64,000 nucleotides of DNA from Phoronis australis (GCA_002633005.1 NMRA01000142.1:310001-374000); one strand, 5' to 3'; counted from the stretch's first letter, positions 1-13,198 are shown. The notes: generated from the letters alone by a model not told the origin. A program made the numbers and translations.

Positions 1-440
1 ACGGCGCGTTCGTAACGGAACTATGGCTAAGTATAGAATCTCCCGCGATATCCTAGGCGACCGGCAGCGGCGCTGTGCACTACGACTCCGTTTCCGTCGT
101 CTGCTCCACTGTGCAATCCCGTCATTATTGCCAACACGAAAAATGGATTTGGTCTTTTGGGCATTTGAAGACTATTTCAAATACGACAAATTTGTTAAGA
201 GTTGATGGCACAAAATATAAAATGTGTAATAAGCTTTACAAAAAGAAGTAGGTTACGCGCGCAAACGCTGTGGCCCATAAACAAGCAAGTCTTTTAGTAT
301 GGGAGTTCTTGGATAATACTTCAGGAATCAAGGAAAATGCTTAATTTTTAGAGGTAAAAACAGAAAAATTTCCTCCCCCCATTCGGTGCTATGCGCATCT
401 ACAATCGTGGTTCAGTTTGCGCAAATGCTTCCAGGCGGAC

Positions 441-485
441 AAAATGTTGCCCCCCCCCCCTTGTGATATCCTGGATCCGCCACTG
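441..485 (-). mobile_element. Terminus of a CAGTGGCGGATCC-family MITE
   Basis: The reverse complement CAGTGGCGGATCCAGGATATCACAAGGGG...CAACAT matches the start of the element at 12920. Confidence 0.6.
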
Positions 486-727
486 TGGTAATTACAGTAC
501 CATTTGAGAGTGCGAAGCGTGGCAGTAAAATCAACCGAGGGCAGATTCCCCTGGTGGCATTGTCTAGTTTGAGTTTGACATGCTGCTCAAACGTTTCCCA
601 GTAATTCTCAATTTTCTTTGGTACAGCTGGTGTTAATTCGTAACTGTGAAAGTGTTCAGGTCCTCTAGTGTACTACACGTTTAAAATTCTCCGTCAAGGA
701 GTTTATGCGACCTTTGAACACTATTAC

Positions 728-869
728 NNNNNNNNNNNNNNNNNNNNNNNNNNNNNNNNNNNNNNNNNNNNNNNNNNNNNNNNNNNNNNNNNNNNNNNNN
801 NNNNNNNNNNNNNNNNNNNNNNNNNNNNNNNNNNNNNNNNNNNNNNNNNNNNNNNNNNNNNNNNNNNNN
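728..869. other. Assembly gap
   Basis: Run of N followed by poly-C. Confidence 0.99.
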
Positions 870-2942
870 CCCCCCCCCCCCCCACCTCCGTCCACGGTGT
901 TATTCGCGGCATATCGTGAATGTGGTCTGCCAATTTTGTTTGTCCAACGTGTACGTTGTTGGTGAAGAAGACGCGAAAATAAAAAGTATGCATTGGCACC
1001 GATTCAATTTAATAATGCAAATTTTGACTGAACAATATTCGCGGATTTGTTAAGTCAAATACGACCGTTTAATACAACTTTACTGCGTATTCAATGTTTT
1101 TCAGCGTCGTGCTTTTACAATCGACGCAACTTGTGCCCGAACGGGAGCCCTCTCTTATTTATGTACGTGTCGCGCGCACTCATGGGTGTCCCGGCTCGGT
1201 ATACGAGCCAGATACAATCTCGAGATTTCCGTCTTCTCAAAATCTATTTCATTCTTGCGCCAACACCTAAGAGAAAAAAGAGGAACGGAGCAGGCACGGA
1301 ATGCAGAATGGAGAATGGGTTGTTGATCGAGGAGTTCGATAACAGAGGATCAGTAACACTATTTTATCAGGTCATTTTTTCGAGAACAAGCAAGTATTTA
1401 TCGTTTCTGGCACGGCTCAAAATCGTTATCTTCGTCACTGGAAATATTGCACGACGAGGTCAACATGATCTCATCATTTAAATGAAGAATGAGAGGCCTC
1501 AAGGTCCTTGCATACAGTCAATGTTACTGTTGCCTGTGACGTTATTGGATGCATCTGCATCTGCACGTATATTTATAATCGGGGATACTGCTACCTGTTT
1601 CACTTGTAAAAGCATCAAAAGTTTCAAGTGGAAGCTGATTCGAATCTAGTCCTTGGTTTACATTACTAGGATGTACATCACTAAGTCTAAGACATTGTTT
1701 GACGTTTCTGCAGGAATACCCATTACCACCATGTCGCTTACTTCATCAGCGTGCAATTCACTGTCAATTTCGCTTCAAGTGAGAGCAATAGTCAAGTTGC
1801 CTCCCATAGGGTCCCGATAGGGGACCTAGAAATTCTTGTTAGTATAAGATTTTTCGATTATCTTATGATGAGGTGGCCGCCCTGAAGCATTTTACCTGGG
1901 TTGTAATCGTGACGACTTTCAGAATTTTTAATTATGCAAATTAAGGCCGCCACTGTGCAAAATTCTCTATGCTTATACATGTCCAAGTAGGCTTACCATA
2001 GCTGGGTAGATTATTGTTTTTACATGTTTCCAATGTCACTGAATTCAATGAATAAATCGTGATTTTGCACAATTCATGCAAATTAAGGCAGCCATTATTC
2101 AAAACCTACTTGAGTTTATTTTTTTATTTAAGGATTTTAAAATCTTTTTCTATCTACGGTCTGTGCGTACGAATTTCATCAATGTCTTTGAGAGTTATTT
2201 TAGATATATAAAAATCTTCTATAAGTGTACTTTACTATTTGAGGATCGGATTATAGTTTTTCCAACTTCAGGCAGCAATTAAATTCACCGAATTATCAAC
2301 AATTACAAGATTAGCTTCCAATTGTCAAAAATCATCATAAACAAGTAAATCAGAAACCAACGAATTTGTTTATCAAACAGGAATGTTAAGAGTAATTTCC
2401 GCATGCATGCTCGGAGACTTTTGACGGGTAACCGGGGGGAATATGGGAGATGGGGTATTCGTATTAAGGTGTAGTTTCAGAGGTACCTATAACGGTTCAC
2501 GATGCAAACTTGAACTCCCACAAAAATATTGAAATTTTCAGTTGTTTATGATTGCAAGAGTTCTTTGAGTACCCCTTTTGACACGTACACGATTATTACA
2601 AATAGTAGCCTAGACAGCAGTGTTTTCCACATGTGGGAATTCTTTACAAACAACTCATAGTAACCATCTTCAAAAGAGACACTATTCTTGTGATACTATG
2701 GGAAACAGTAACATTATTTTATAACTAACCATCGGAAATAGTCCTTTTGTGTAATTCACAAGTAGTGGTCTTCACGTTCTTCAAAATTCCACCCTTTCGA
2801 TGGGGGCAACCCTATTGTATTGTTGGTTGTTTGGGTTGAATGGCTGTGCTGTGCAAGAATGTCTTGTTTTTTGAGGAATTTGGAATTCAAACTTCCCTCG
2901 TGAATACTTGGCAGTGTCGGATTTACATACAAGGGTTAGTGG

Positions 2943-3080
2943 CCATGGATTTAGGACGTCTATATATGTCGCACGGTATTCTATACTTATGGTCATGACC
3001 ATGGATATAGAGTGGCTACCTATGTACCGCTCTTCTATATTGATGTTCATGACCATGGATTTAGATTGTCTATATTTATG
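2943..3080. repeat. Three short hairpin-like units starting CCATGGAT(A/T)TAG, separated by TCATGA
   Basis: Unit starts at 2943, 2999 and 3053; the junction TCTATA..ATGGTCATGACCAT..TATAGA is palindromic. Confidence 0.6.
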
Positions 3081-4776
3081 TAGCGAGCTACGACAATTAG
3101 TATAACCAAAAATAGGAATTAGAGCCTGTACTTTGTCTAACAAGTGGGTGAGACGAACTCTTTATAGAATATTCTTTTCTATTTGGATTTGATATGTCTT
3201 ACACCTTGAAGCTTGTAATGCATCAAGGCCAGTCAATGAATGTATATTGTGTTTATTGAAATACCTTTAGGTAATCATTAGTTTTAGCAGAATTATTAAA
3301 GTTTGACTTGTGGCAATATTGCGTAGCGTTTTAAGACACATGTTCATAATGACGTCATTCAGCATTTAATTCCAAAATTTAATGCGCCAGAGCCACGTAT
3401 ATTTGTCAAGTTTGACATTTGTAACCCCGTCTTGTTGGAACAACTAACTACACATGGCTTCTAGAACGTTCTAATGTTTCAATTTACGTTTAGAAACTAT
3501 AAGAGACGAAACGTAATGTAATTGCACAAATTCATAAGCAGTAATAGAATGGCTGCAGGACGGGATTGAACTGGAACCCTCTGGTACAACACTTCGGGGC
3601 GGCAGGTGGCACCAGTGGATTATTAATTAAAATGCGTTTGCCTGACTTACTTGAATGAATCTATGTAATATTTCTGATGCTGAAATGTTTGGTGCCGATC
3701 ATCACGAATTGTTGTGTCGCCTCTCCCTCCCCCCTCCTCCTCTCCGGAGAGGGTTCTGCACGAGACAAATCTAGCTACATGTACGCTCTCAGGATGTACA
3801 CAGAAGTCCTTGCCCTGACTGTTGCATACTACTGTATGCATTATATATATTGCTACTTGCTAGTTCAAAGGCTTAGTTTTGCCCCTTATATTTACCGCCA
3901 ATCTTAAAGAACTTGTACGTAACAAAATAGATACTGTGTACTGTTCGTTTTCTTCACTGTTTTAATCATATTTTCTAAACTTAGAATAAGTAATGCTTGT
4001 GTAAAAATCTTGCCCCTCCATTTTGGTTGATATGAATTCTAGTGAGACTGATCATCGTTCACATAAATCAGTCTGATCATCGTTTACAGCATTATTTTTA
4101 GGGTCGTTTTTGGTCAGTGACAAAAATTCATATGAATTACTAGGGCTGATGAAAAAACTTAGATTTTATATTACACCTTTCGTTAATATTAATTCTTATC
4201 AACATGTTATAACATGTCATACCAATCTTAGAAATAGTCGAAATTAATCTATTTTAAAGAATCATTTGTAATAAATTTTATCAACAGCTTCCTACGGCCC
4301 TGCAAAATTTCCGCAATTCCTGCATTTAATTCGATTTTTTCCACAGTACAGTGTTCAGTTTATTACTTTGTATCATCAAGGGGCGGAAACCAGTCTGCGT
4401 CAGACGATTGCCGTAAACTCCAGTCCCGGACAGCATCAACCAAATCCCCAGATTCGCATCCCAAAACTCGACACAATTAAGCAGCGAAAGGACTCCATGC
4501 ACTATAATTACTGGGTATCGCCCACGAACCGAACTTACATGTATGGCTAAGACGCCGAGTAAAATAGGCCTGAACTAGTGCACCTCAGTCAGCTGAGACT
4601 TGGCGAAGACACGCACCAGTGCTCGCGGCTCATAAAGTAACAAGGTGTAACTACCTAACTTGCAGAAACCAGCAATATCGAAATGCCAGCCGAGTCTTCC
4701 AAGCCCTGAAATTATTGCAATTTGACAACGGAACAAGATTATACCGTAAGAGCTGTGGCAAAAGTCGAGCCAATGT

Positions 4777-6668
4777 CGTTTTTTAAAGCACTAAAAAGTC
4801 CGCGAGTTTTTAGTAGACGCTGAATAGGTTACTACAGAGAAATTAGTCAACATAGTGAGCTCGAAAGTTACGGATTTGTAAAACTGTTTTTTCCGGTGGG
4901 CCTCGCGGGTGGTGGTCCCCGTCCGGGGCAGACCAAACGCATTGCTCTTCGCTGTTAGAGGCGCTAACGATTGAGTGAGACCTTACAAATCGAGTATTTA
5001 ACTCGTCTTTTGTTTCGCGGGGTTGTTGTTTTCATGTGCAGAGCTGAGTATGAGCTAAAACGATTACCCATTTCGTGACTGCCTTCCAGTTGAACCAGGT
5101 GAGCAATTTGCATTACTAATCGATCAGATTTTCTCTTATACACCTGAGTCTGTGTGGGCCACTCTGGCCGACTCTGGGCCTATATAATCAGTAGTCTACT
5201 AGTTCCAAGCGCTGCCAGCGGCTGTGATCTGCACCGACACTCACCCCCCTGTAGTAATGTTCCATTGGCCTTGGAGTCTTGGGTTAGATGTGGAATTTTG
5301 AAATGTGGTGTTACTCCCCATGAGGATGTGTACTGCAAATGTCATTTTAAAACCATGCATTTCAAACGGGTGGTAGTCTACGACCAACCCCACGAAGGAA
5401 GCAAAATTTCATGAATAAGTTAATTCCAAATTATGTTAAAACACACATGCACACGCATATGCACACGCACATCCCCCCACACAGGTATAAGCATATCATT
5501 CTATGTGTTACAATGCATAAAGCAAAACTGCCTGTGGGTCGGGCCACACAGGTAGTTTAGCTGCCTATGTTAACACTGGGCTGTTTTTATTGTCTTTAAT
5601 TTGAAGTGTTATTAATTTTTCTTAGTAAATGATGCAATTCTGTGGCAAGCCAACTCTATAAAATTGAAAATTTCAGCATATCTGAAATGCCCCTGTCCAA
5701 TTTCAGCTGTGCTCCAATGTTTATACTGCACACTTGTGAGAATTCCAATGTGGAATGGTTTGTTTATTGCATCAAACTATAGTATCTTCAATTGATTTTT
5801 ATATATTTTTAATTACAATCCTTGTGATATTCGGTTTTGTAAATTGACTCAGTAAAAACTTGATTTTTATGTCGTCTGCTTCCCTCTTTTAATTTCACAG
5901 TGTTATTGATGGATTTGATCTTATTTTTTCTGCATTTTGCATGTGTAAGTCACTTCTCACTGTGTATATGTAATAGGTAGTTATTATTATTATCTTATAG
6001 CCGAAAATTAGTATAACTTACTTAAATTTCCTTTTTCAGAATGGACATTCTAGGTAGTGTGTGACACGTGACAACTGTTGGGCAGTTCTTGGCCGAAAAT
6101 GGACTCCAAAATCAACAGTTTGAAAGGTACAAACAGCTGTGGAGACAGGATTTTGTCGCAGGTGATCTGACAAGAGGCACATTTATTGGGACCTTGAGAT
6201 TACTCCGTTCTAGCAACCAAGAGTCCAAGTAGGGGGACGTGACTCTGACGGGGCTTCTACAAAAGCACACCGTTCAGACTGGGTACTTTCGCTATTTCTC
6301 AGGGCAATGACATGTGACTGCATTAATTTTTATGACCCCAAGTCAAATTACTGAAATGTGTATTGGGGTATGGTTGACACGACTGTAATAATATTTATCG
6401 TGTCTTGCATTATGTCTGAACAAAGTTTTTTTATTCTGGACAGGACAGTGAGCTCCCAGAGCTGTCTGTGTGAACTAAGTTAACACTAAATTTTGAGATG
6501 ATTTCTCAACATATTTTTTCAAATTTTGTGACATTCACCGTACTGATGTGTAATAAGTGAAAATATGTTCTCTCTGTTTAATTGTCAAAATTTAATCAGT
6601 GCAGTATTGCATTTGTTTATAAATAGATGCAGAAGTAATTTTGTACTCATGACAAACAAAAGTTTTTT
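4777..6668 (+). repeat. ~1.9 kb interspersed repeat, copy 1 (probable non-autonomous or decayed transposon)
   Basis: Collinear similarity with 15018-17144 from TAAAGCACTAAAAAGT to CATGACAAACAAAAGTTTT. Contains a decayed exon-like segment after ttttcag| at about 6040. Confidence 0.85.
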
Positions 6669-6705
6669 GTCACTGATTGGTTTAAATTTGGAACGTTCTT
6701 AAGGT

Positions 6706-6890
6706 ATTTTACGAGCGTAATTTACGGCGACATTTCCCCCATTTCAATTACGGGCGTAATTTTACTGCAACACTTTTGCAATTTAACTTACGCTCGTAAT
6801 TACGAGCGTAATTTTACGGCGAAAGTTTTCCCCAATTAATTTACGAGCGTAATTTTACGGCGACACTTTCCCGTCAACGGCCCACCATAC
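6706..6890. repeat. Array of TTACGAGCGTAATTTTACGGCGA units including a perfect 24-bp palindrome; likely subterminal repeats of a DNA transposon end
   Basis: Units at 6709, 6748, 6800 and 6841; palindrome TTACGCTCGTAA|TTACGAGCGTAA at 6788-6811; the array ends in GGCCCACCATAC. Confidence 0.7.
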
Positions 6891-7574
6891 CTTGGAGTCG
6901 GTGACGACGCCATCAAGCCTTTGAGATGTGCAGAGAACTTCGCTGATACTCTGGGGGTACATTTCTTGTCCATTCGCGTGTAAATCTTGTTAGCGTAAGA
7001 TTTTTGCGTAATGTTGAAATTATTTCTTCCTTTTGGTTGTTCAGTTAATTATATAATGCCAACCTCTCTTGTCCATTTCCTTTTATTGTTACTATTACAG
7101 CCTAACTTAATTGACATTACAAATTAGTTAGTTGACTAACACGTTGATTAATTGGTCTATTACTACTTGAAGGGCGTCATTGTTACAGTCTTTATTTTTT
7201 TGCATTTTGGTAACACTCCTAGTTGTTTGAATTAAAAAATATTTTTAACCTTTCAGATAAGCGAAATGATAATTATTTATGAAAAGAATTGTGTTCTTTA
7301 TCTTAGTGTAACCATACACCATCAAGAGCTTACGGAGTACTTTCTAATGATATGAGTTTTACGAAATTCGGTGGCAAAATGTCGGAATTGTGAAGTTTTA
7401 GCAACAGAAAAGAAGGTGACACTCGATCCCTAGAGTTCTATGGGTGGAGTATGTGTATTCTGAACTTATTAACAAAGCTAGTCCTCTAATGCAGTTCTCA
7501 TACTCAAGGCTCAGGTGTGTATATAGGATTTGGCTTTTTTAACTGACGTTTGGTTTCTGTCAACACTTACCTTG

Positions 7575-7716
7575 CAGGGGAGGATTCAGGATTTTGAGTT
7601 GGGGGGCAGAGCAGAGTATTAACCAGGATTTTGCCACACCAGAACTGCCAAATGGAATCTGGAAGAATTTTAGGGGGTCCATGGCCCCCTTGCCAGCCGC
7701 TCTAAATCCGCCACTG
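7575..7716. mobile_element. Short MITE-like element of the same CAG(T/G)GGCGGAT family
   Basis: Imperfect TIRs CAGGGGAGGATTCAG...CTAAATCCGCCACTG. Confidence 0.6.
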
Positions 7717-9008
7717 CCTTGTGGGTGAAACGCTGAATGAGGTAAAGAATGTATTTTCCAGCACGTTAGGAGACAAACGTTAGTGCCAGACGTTGTGAAC
7801 ATGTTAATAAAAGTGGATTTTTTATGTACGCATAATCGAGTCTTAAGGCGCCTATCGACAGGTACTTTTCTTAGCAACATAAGTTACTTTACCAGCAATA
7901 TCTTTGCATCACCGTTTTTGCAAAAGTTGTGGATACCTACTGTAACGTTCTATGGCACTTGAAAGACAGAATATACAATCGTTTTTTCACGGGCTTTGAT
8001 TTCTGCAAACACGGAATGTCAAGAGTTTCCGTTTCTCATGGAAAACACCGGATATTATGTCCTGGAGCAAGGATAAACCATAGTAAAGTTACGAACAATC
8101 TGGGCGCCTAATGTTCACACACTTGAGTCCGAGAGCGTTTGAATGGCTCCTGCTTTTTTCGCCAAAATTTGGTCACTGGCAATTTGTCTTGCATTGATCA
8201 CCTATTGGAGCGGAGGTGAGATGAAGGTATTCAAATAGATGGATGTCATACTTGAGTTGGAGAACTAAAATCACTGTACTCAGACGGATTGACCCGCTGA
8301 GTCAATTTGCTTCCTACTGATGATTTTCTATACATTTGACACTCCACACGTCATCAGAAAACCGAATATATTATCCACCGAACATACAAGACGAGTTCCA
8401 AAGCGACGAGTGTAGTAGCTAGGACCAATATGTATATTACTCCCAGGCAATAATAACTCTTATTACATTTATAAACGCTCAATAAGTTTCACTTAACTAA
8501 CTACCTACTCCGTTACAAAGCGGCTTGTTGATATCGTCGAGTTTTCAAAAAAAAATCATGTGGTCATGGGCTGAGGCTTAAGCTCTGTACTCGGAAAGTC
8601 CGTCACAGACATCCAATCTCCGACATAGGGAATTTTTAGGTGATTTCTACTTTTATCGTTTTTAAATATTGACGTCAATGATGTATTAGCAGGCGACAGA
8701 AGTAAGATTGGCTTAAATTGAAACACCCGGGTTTAGTATCCATTTAAACTTGTTAAATTTTTAATAACAAATTTGTGTCTTATTTTGAAACCAGCCAGTG
8801 TTGTTTCATGACTTGAAATGAGAATTATGGCCGCTGTGCATGAGAGGCGCAGAACTGAAATAAGTGGAGACTATAACCCCCCCAGCCCGCCCCTGTGGTG
8901 CGCTACCCATGTTGTGACGACTGTCTTTCATGTTAATTTTATTGCATGATAGCCGCAAACCAAAGATGTTCCATGACATCCAGTCATGAGCATATCGAAA
9001 TTTAGAAT

Positions 9009-9232
9009 TCAACAGTTGCTCTGGTCAGTTATAACAAAGTTGCTCGTCTCCAACCCTTTTTCATTTAGACGTAGTTTCAGTGTTTCTACAATGGAATCGT
9101 CCAGCGTAGGAGTGCGAGACAAGATCCAGACAAACTCCTTTGTAGTACCCTGGCTGTATGGCGAACACGAGTAAACGACCGAATATGTGTCATAATCGGT
9201 GTCCACCACCCAGTAGTTTGAGAGTCGTGACC
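9009..9232 (-). CDS. APOD: Apolipoprotein D-like lipocalin, last coding exon
   Basis: tattccag|GG. Translates SRLSNYWVVDTDYDTYSVVYSC...EFVWILSRTPTLDD...TDQSNC*, with SCR2 (TDY), SCR3 (WILSR) and the terminal Cys. The four exons total 555 nt (184 aa plus stop). AATAAA on the minus strand at 8938-8943. Confidence 0.93.
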
Positions 9233-9595
9233 CTGGAATACAAGGGTTTTGCACAGAGTTAATGAGGATTTCGCGGCTTTATAGTTGTCAGTGTTGAAAG
9301 CGAAAGTATCGTTACCGAGAAAGGCCTTTTCGGAATATTGTTGTGTTAAGTTATTAAGATTGGCCAACAACAAAAATACGTTTTATTATTAGCTTTTAAA
9401 AGTGGCTTGATTCGTTTTCGAGTTTTTAAAGCAAAATATTGAAGAAATGCAATTTTAAGTAATTATAGGTTAAGGCAATTGGATACCTTCGGTACCATGG
9501 GAAACACTTCTTTTCAACCCATGAAACCTTATACTTTTGAAGTCATTGATGATCACAAAACCTATTATTTTTTCTTAGAAATCCGATTTTTCCAC

Positions 9596-9858
9596 GTTCG
9601 CACGAAGCTTGAAAATTTTATCCATGTATTGTATTACAGGTACAATCGGTTGTCTGGAAAAAAATAGCGAAGCCTATTTAACCAAAAACTCAGTCGTTAA
9701 AAATCAAGACCACTATTGTGTCGTTTTTCAATGAAACGACCGAGACCTTGATTTTTGACGACTGGGTTTTTGTTTTAAATAAGCCTTGCTCGTTTTAACA
9801 GGCTCTCGATTTAACCTAATAGAATGTAAAGATAAAAACTTTAAGTTTCGTGCAAAAC
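9596..9858. mobile_element. Foldback/MITE-like long imperfect inverted repeat in an ApoD intron
   Basis: Arms AAAAACTCAGTCGTTAAAAATCAAG / CTTGATTTTTGACGACTGGGTTTTT, extending outward to GCACGAAGCTT / AAGTTTCGTGC. Confidence 0.75.
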
Positions 9859-10288
9859 TTGTCACGTACATGGCAGCTGCGACTTAACTGCGACGAACTC
9901 AGATAATTAATTAAAACATAGTCATGGGTTGACAAGTAGTATTTTAGAACATATTTTTAAATATCTTCAAGGAGCGCACTCCTTTAAAAAGAAGTGCGAT
10001 CCCTGATAGCGAAAATATCCAATTACTTTAAAGATGAACCAAAACAGATGACTGTTTAGGCCACTTAAGCTTATAAAATAGTTGTCGCCTTTTTCCTTTC
10101 TCCAACTTAAAATGATTTCTGAACTTGAGAAGATTTGGCAGTTTATTGTTGCTAGTTTGGCACAAAAAATAATTTCAACTATGAGCAAATGACCATAGTT
10201 GTTTTTGACACCAGAATGTGGTTTATAGTGGCTCTAAATATAACATCGAGGTATTAAAAATATTTAAAAATAAAACGCTTTGGCTTAC

Positions 10289-10371
10289 CTGAAAAATCTA
10301 TGGCCAACTTTGCAGGCACCGCAGGATTCAGTGCGAAGGCGTTACCAGTCATTGTGAATAATTCACCAGTG
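10289..10371 (-). CDS. APOD: Apolipoprotein D-like lipocalin, coding exon 3
   Basis: tttccag|C...TCAG|gtaagc. Translates (S)TGELFTMTGNAFALNPAVPAKLAIDFS(G), matching the ApoD G-A...PAKL-v-F pattern. Phase 2 in and phase 1 out are compatible with both neighbouring exons. Confidence 0.9.
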
Positions 10372-11183
10372 CTGGAAAGAATTTACAGGCTGTATCACAA
10401 GTCACATGAAAATTTAGGGGAGGCTGGCCGGGGTCTGCCCTCTTACGGCACGACCAAAAGTCACCCGCGAACCTTTTTCTTTCAAAAAACACATTGTGGT
10501 TTCTCTTTTGCGATATCATAGAACAGCAATAGAAACAGTAACAACGGAGAAGAACATTGAATAATTAAAATTATTCACACGCCTATGGCCACGCACGCAC
10601 TTAACCTTTGTTCGACAAACACAGAAACTGTTAACATGCACTGAGGCGAAAACTACATTTCGGACGGCTTGATACTTGACTTCAGCAAACGTAGTCCATT
10701 TACGGTATAAATGTCACGGAAAGTTGGTACGTTAGCTAAAAGATAACCTTGAATCTATTGAATTTGATGGTGTGAGACATCGCAAATTTGCGTTTTCGGT
10801 GAAAGCTGTCGACTATTCAGAAAGTAACACGAGCTTTGATGACTGCAACTTGTGAGGACTGCTCAATTTTCGTCAGACATCTAGGCCTAATTCAGGTAGA
10901 GTTCGTCTCGGCTTACAACACGTTTCGCGGGGAAGGTGAGGTTGGCATATGCGCGAGAGAAAGGTAATGCTACTGAGACGCAAAACGTTGTACCGGGAAT
11001 ATGCGTCCGTGAGAGGAATAGTGTGCACGAGAGAACTTTGTACGCAAGAAGGTCAACCAGTCAGGATGATCTGTACTCTAGCGAGAAAGTTTCCAAATTC
11101 AGTTTAAGATGCTCGTCCAAAGCATTTCTTGATTTAATGATTAAGTTGACGGGAATTGTAGGTTTAACTAAACTGTCCTATAC

Positions 11184-11314
11184 CTGATTATGATTCCTTT
11201 ATTAAGCACGTTAAAGCTGTCATCTGGAGCCGCAGTGTACGAGGCCTGGATGCATTTCAGTCCTCTTTCGAAGACGACGTCGGAACGTTGGATTTCATAC
11301 CAGTCACCGAGATA
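11184..11314 (-). CDS. APOD: Apolipoprotein D-like lipocalin, coding exon 2
   Basis: ttgcag|TAT...ATCAG|gtatag. Translates YLGDWYEIQRSDVVFERGLKCIQASYTAAPDDSFNVLNKGIII, containing the lipocalin SCR1 GxWYEI motif and a conserved Cys. Phase 0 in, phase 2 out. Confidence 0.92.
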
Positions 11315-11579
11315 CTGCAAGAGTATTAATTATAAATTCAATTAAGAAGAAATGACGTATCTTAGATCGAATTCCATATCTATGTAGGTGAAGTTAATAA
11401 ATTATATTACTGAAAAACGCTGCGTTCAGAACTGTCAAAAGTGGACCTGCAATTGACGTTTCAAGAAGAACTTGGTGTTTTCGTGCTTCCTCTGCGAAAG
11501 GTTTAGAACTAAACACTCGTGAATAAAGAAGGCTTTTCAAGTAAGTTCAACATCGCATTGGAAATCCTTCATTTTTTAC

Positions 11580-11696
11580 CCGTGCCATGTTGAGCGACGG
11601 CTTCAAAGCCGCTGTTTCTAGACATCCTCTCGTGTTGATGAAACGCTGCCCACTGATGACGACTAATGAACACAGTGCAATGACGGCTTGAAACAT
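11580..11696 (-). CDS. APOD: Apolipoprotein D-like lipocalin, coding exon 1 (signal peptide and first Cys)
   Basis: Translates MFQAVIALCSLVVISGQRFINTRGCLETAALKPSLNMAR, with a hydrophobic signal-like N-terminus. GT donor (cgg|gtaaaa), phase 0. An alternative in-frame ATG lies at 11723. Acceptor taatag| at 11742-11743 and a likely upstream 5'UTR donor (|gtgagt) near 11852. Confidence 0.8.
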
Positions 11697-12878
11697 GACG
11701 ACGGTGAAAGTCGAACTGATCATCCGACGACGCGCGTTCACCTATTAAAGGTCTGTTCTTGCGTAACCGACACACGTGTAAGATCAGACATTTATCCATA
11801 AACTACAAAATGTATGCTGGTATAGGATTATTTCATTTCTCGCTGCGACTCACCGTTCTCGAGTTATGTGAGGTTTTCTGATTTGAGGACTGTCTTTTAT
11901 CAATAGTTATTATAATCCTTCAAACACTACCTTTGATATCACCCAGATGGGAAGATTTAGTGTTGTATTGTATTCAAATTTTCAAAGGGTACATTAGTCG
12001 CATTTATTTTGATTACATTTTAAAATTGATTTCTTTGCCAGCACTCAATTTCAAATGGCCATTTTACCATGTTGCTTATTGATACATGTAAGTGTCTCAG
12101 CCCTTATTGTCAAGCGTTTCATAATTAAGAGTTAAAATCGTGCTTATTTCAGATCAAACACGCCCATATTTTGAGACAGTCATGATTCGGCCTTTCAAGC
12201 TTCTTAGTTAAAACCAGAACCACTCTGCCGAGGGCCTTTGATGCACTGAAGAAAGAGAATCAAATAATACCACAGTACAGACCTACAGTGCCCTTTTCTT
12301 GGTGCGTTGCCAACAAGCCCAACAAAAAGCAGTTCTTTATTACAATTCTAAGAGAATGTTTTAGTGCAAAATATGAAAGTTTTACCTTTATACGAATTCC
12401 ACACAATACAATTTCCTGTTAAAAAGCTACAGGACAGTAATTATTTATTTTCACTTTCATCACATTATGGAGCAGACATCAAATGCAATGACAGATATCT
12501 TTCAGTGAAGTATTACTCCCTCAGATGTTACTTCTCAGCTTAAGCAACGCCGACTTTTTCTAATTTAATGCTGCCTTTTTCCTGTTTAGCAGGCTACAAA
12601 TGGAAAGCGAATTAGGCCTTACACTCTCATAACACAAGTCTCCTAATAGTCCGTGCCGTGATAGGATTCCATTCTTGTTACCAACTCAATTCACAAGGAA
12701 TGCTAGACTGTTTCATGAACAGGATTAAGAAAAAAAAATCAAAAATAAAGAAACAGGAAATGATCTTACGTTCCACACAGTTATCAGGTTAAAAATGGAG
12801 CAAAAGTTCAAATGGGTACATAACTGCTTAGCTAAACCTTTTTTAGCAAATGTGAAATAGGAGAGTATCGAGACCAAA

Positions 12879-12919
12879 TCTACCTACCTACATACATACA
12901 TACATACATACATACATAC
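12879..12919. repeat. (TACC/TACA)n microsatellite
   Basis: Directly visible in the sequence. Confidence 0.9.
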
Positions 12920-13198
12920 CAGTGGCGGATCTAGGATACCATAAGGGGTCCCCAACATGTTGCCTCGAGGAATTGGGCAAAGCGCGATTGTGTGTGCACG
13001 GGCGGCCCGAAAGTTGCAGGGTCCGGGAGTAGTATGAACTTTCTGTTCGGAAAGTCTATAGACTAAAAAAAAAAATAAAATAAATAACGAGAACGCGATC
13101 CCGCAATATTTCCTTACGCTTCACGCTGTTGCTGTTTCAATTTCCTTGAGGCAGCCGGGCGGGCCCCCTGCCCCCCCCCCCCCCTAAATCCACCTATG
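12920..13198. mobile_element. MITE-like element with CAGTGGCGGAT-type termini inserted in a (TACA)n microsatellite
   Basis: Starts CAGTGGCGGATCTAGGATA and ends poly-C TAAATCCACCTATG. Related ends occur at 441-485 (GGATCCGCCACTG) and 7575-7716. Confidence 0.7.

Noticed and set aside
2943-3080. CRISPR array
   Set aside because: Eukaryotic context, only three degenerate units and no cas genes.
3550-3625. tRNA gene on the minus strand (B-box-like GTTCAATCCC)
   Set aside because: No complete cloverleaf is visible; at most a tRNA-derived SINE relic.
23-5414. Short ORFs in the first 5.4 kb (e.g. 1047-1481, 2781-3143)
   Set aside because: No recognisable motifs or consistent splice structure; several overlap gaps or repeats.
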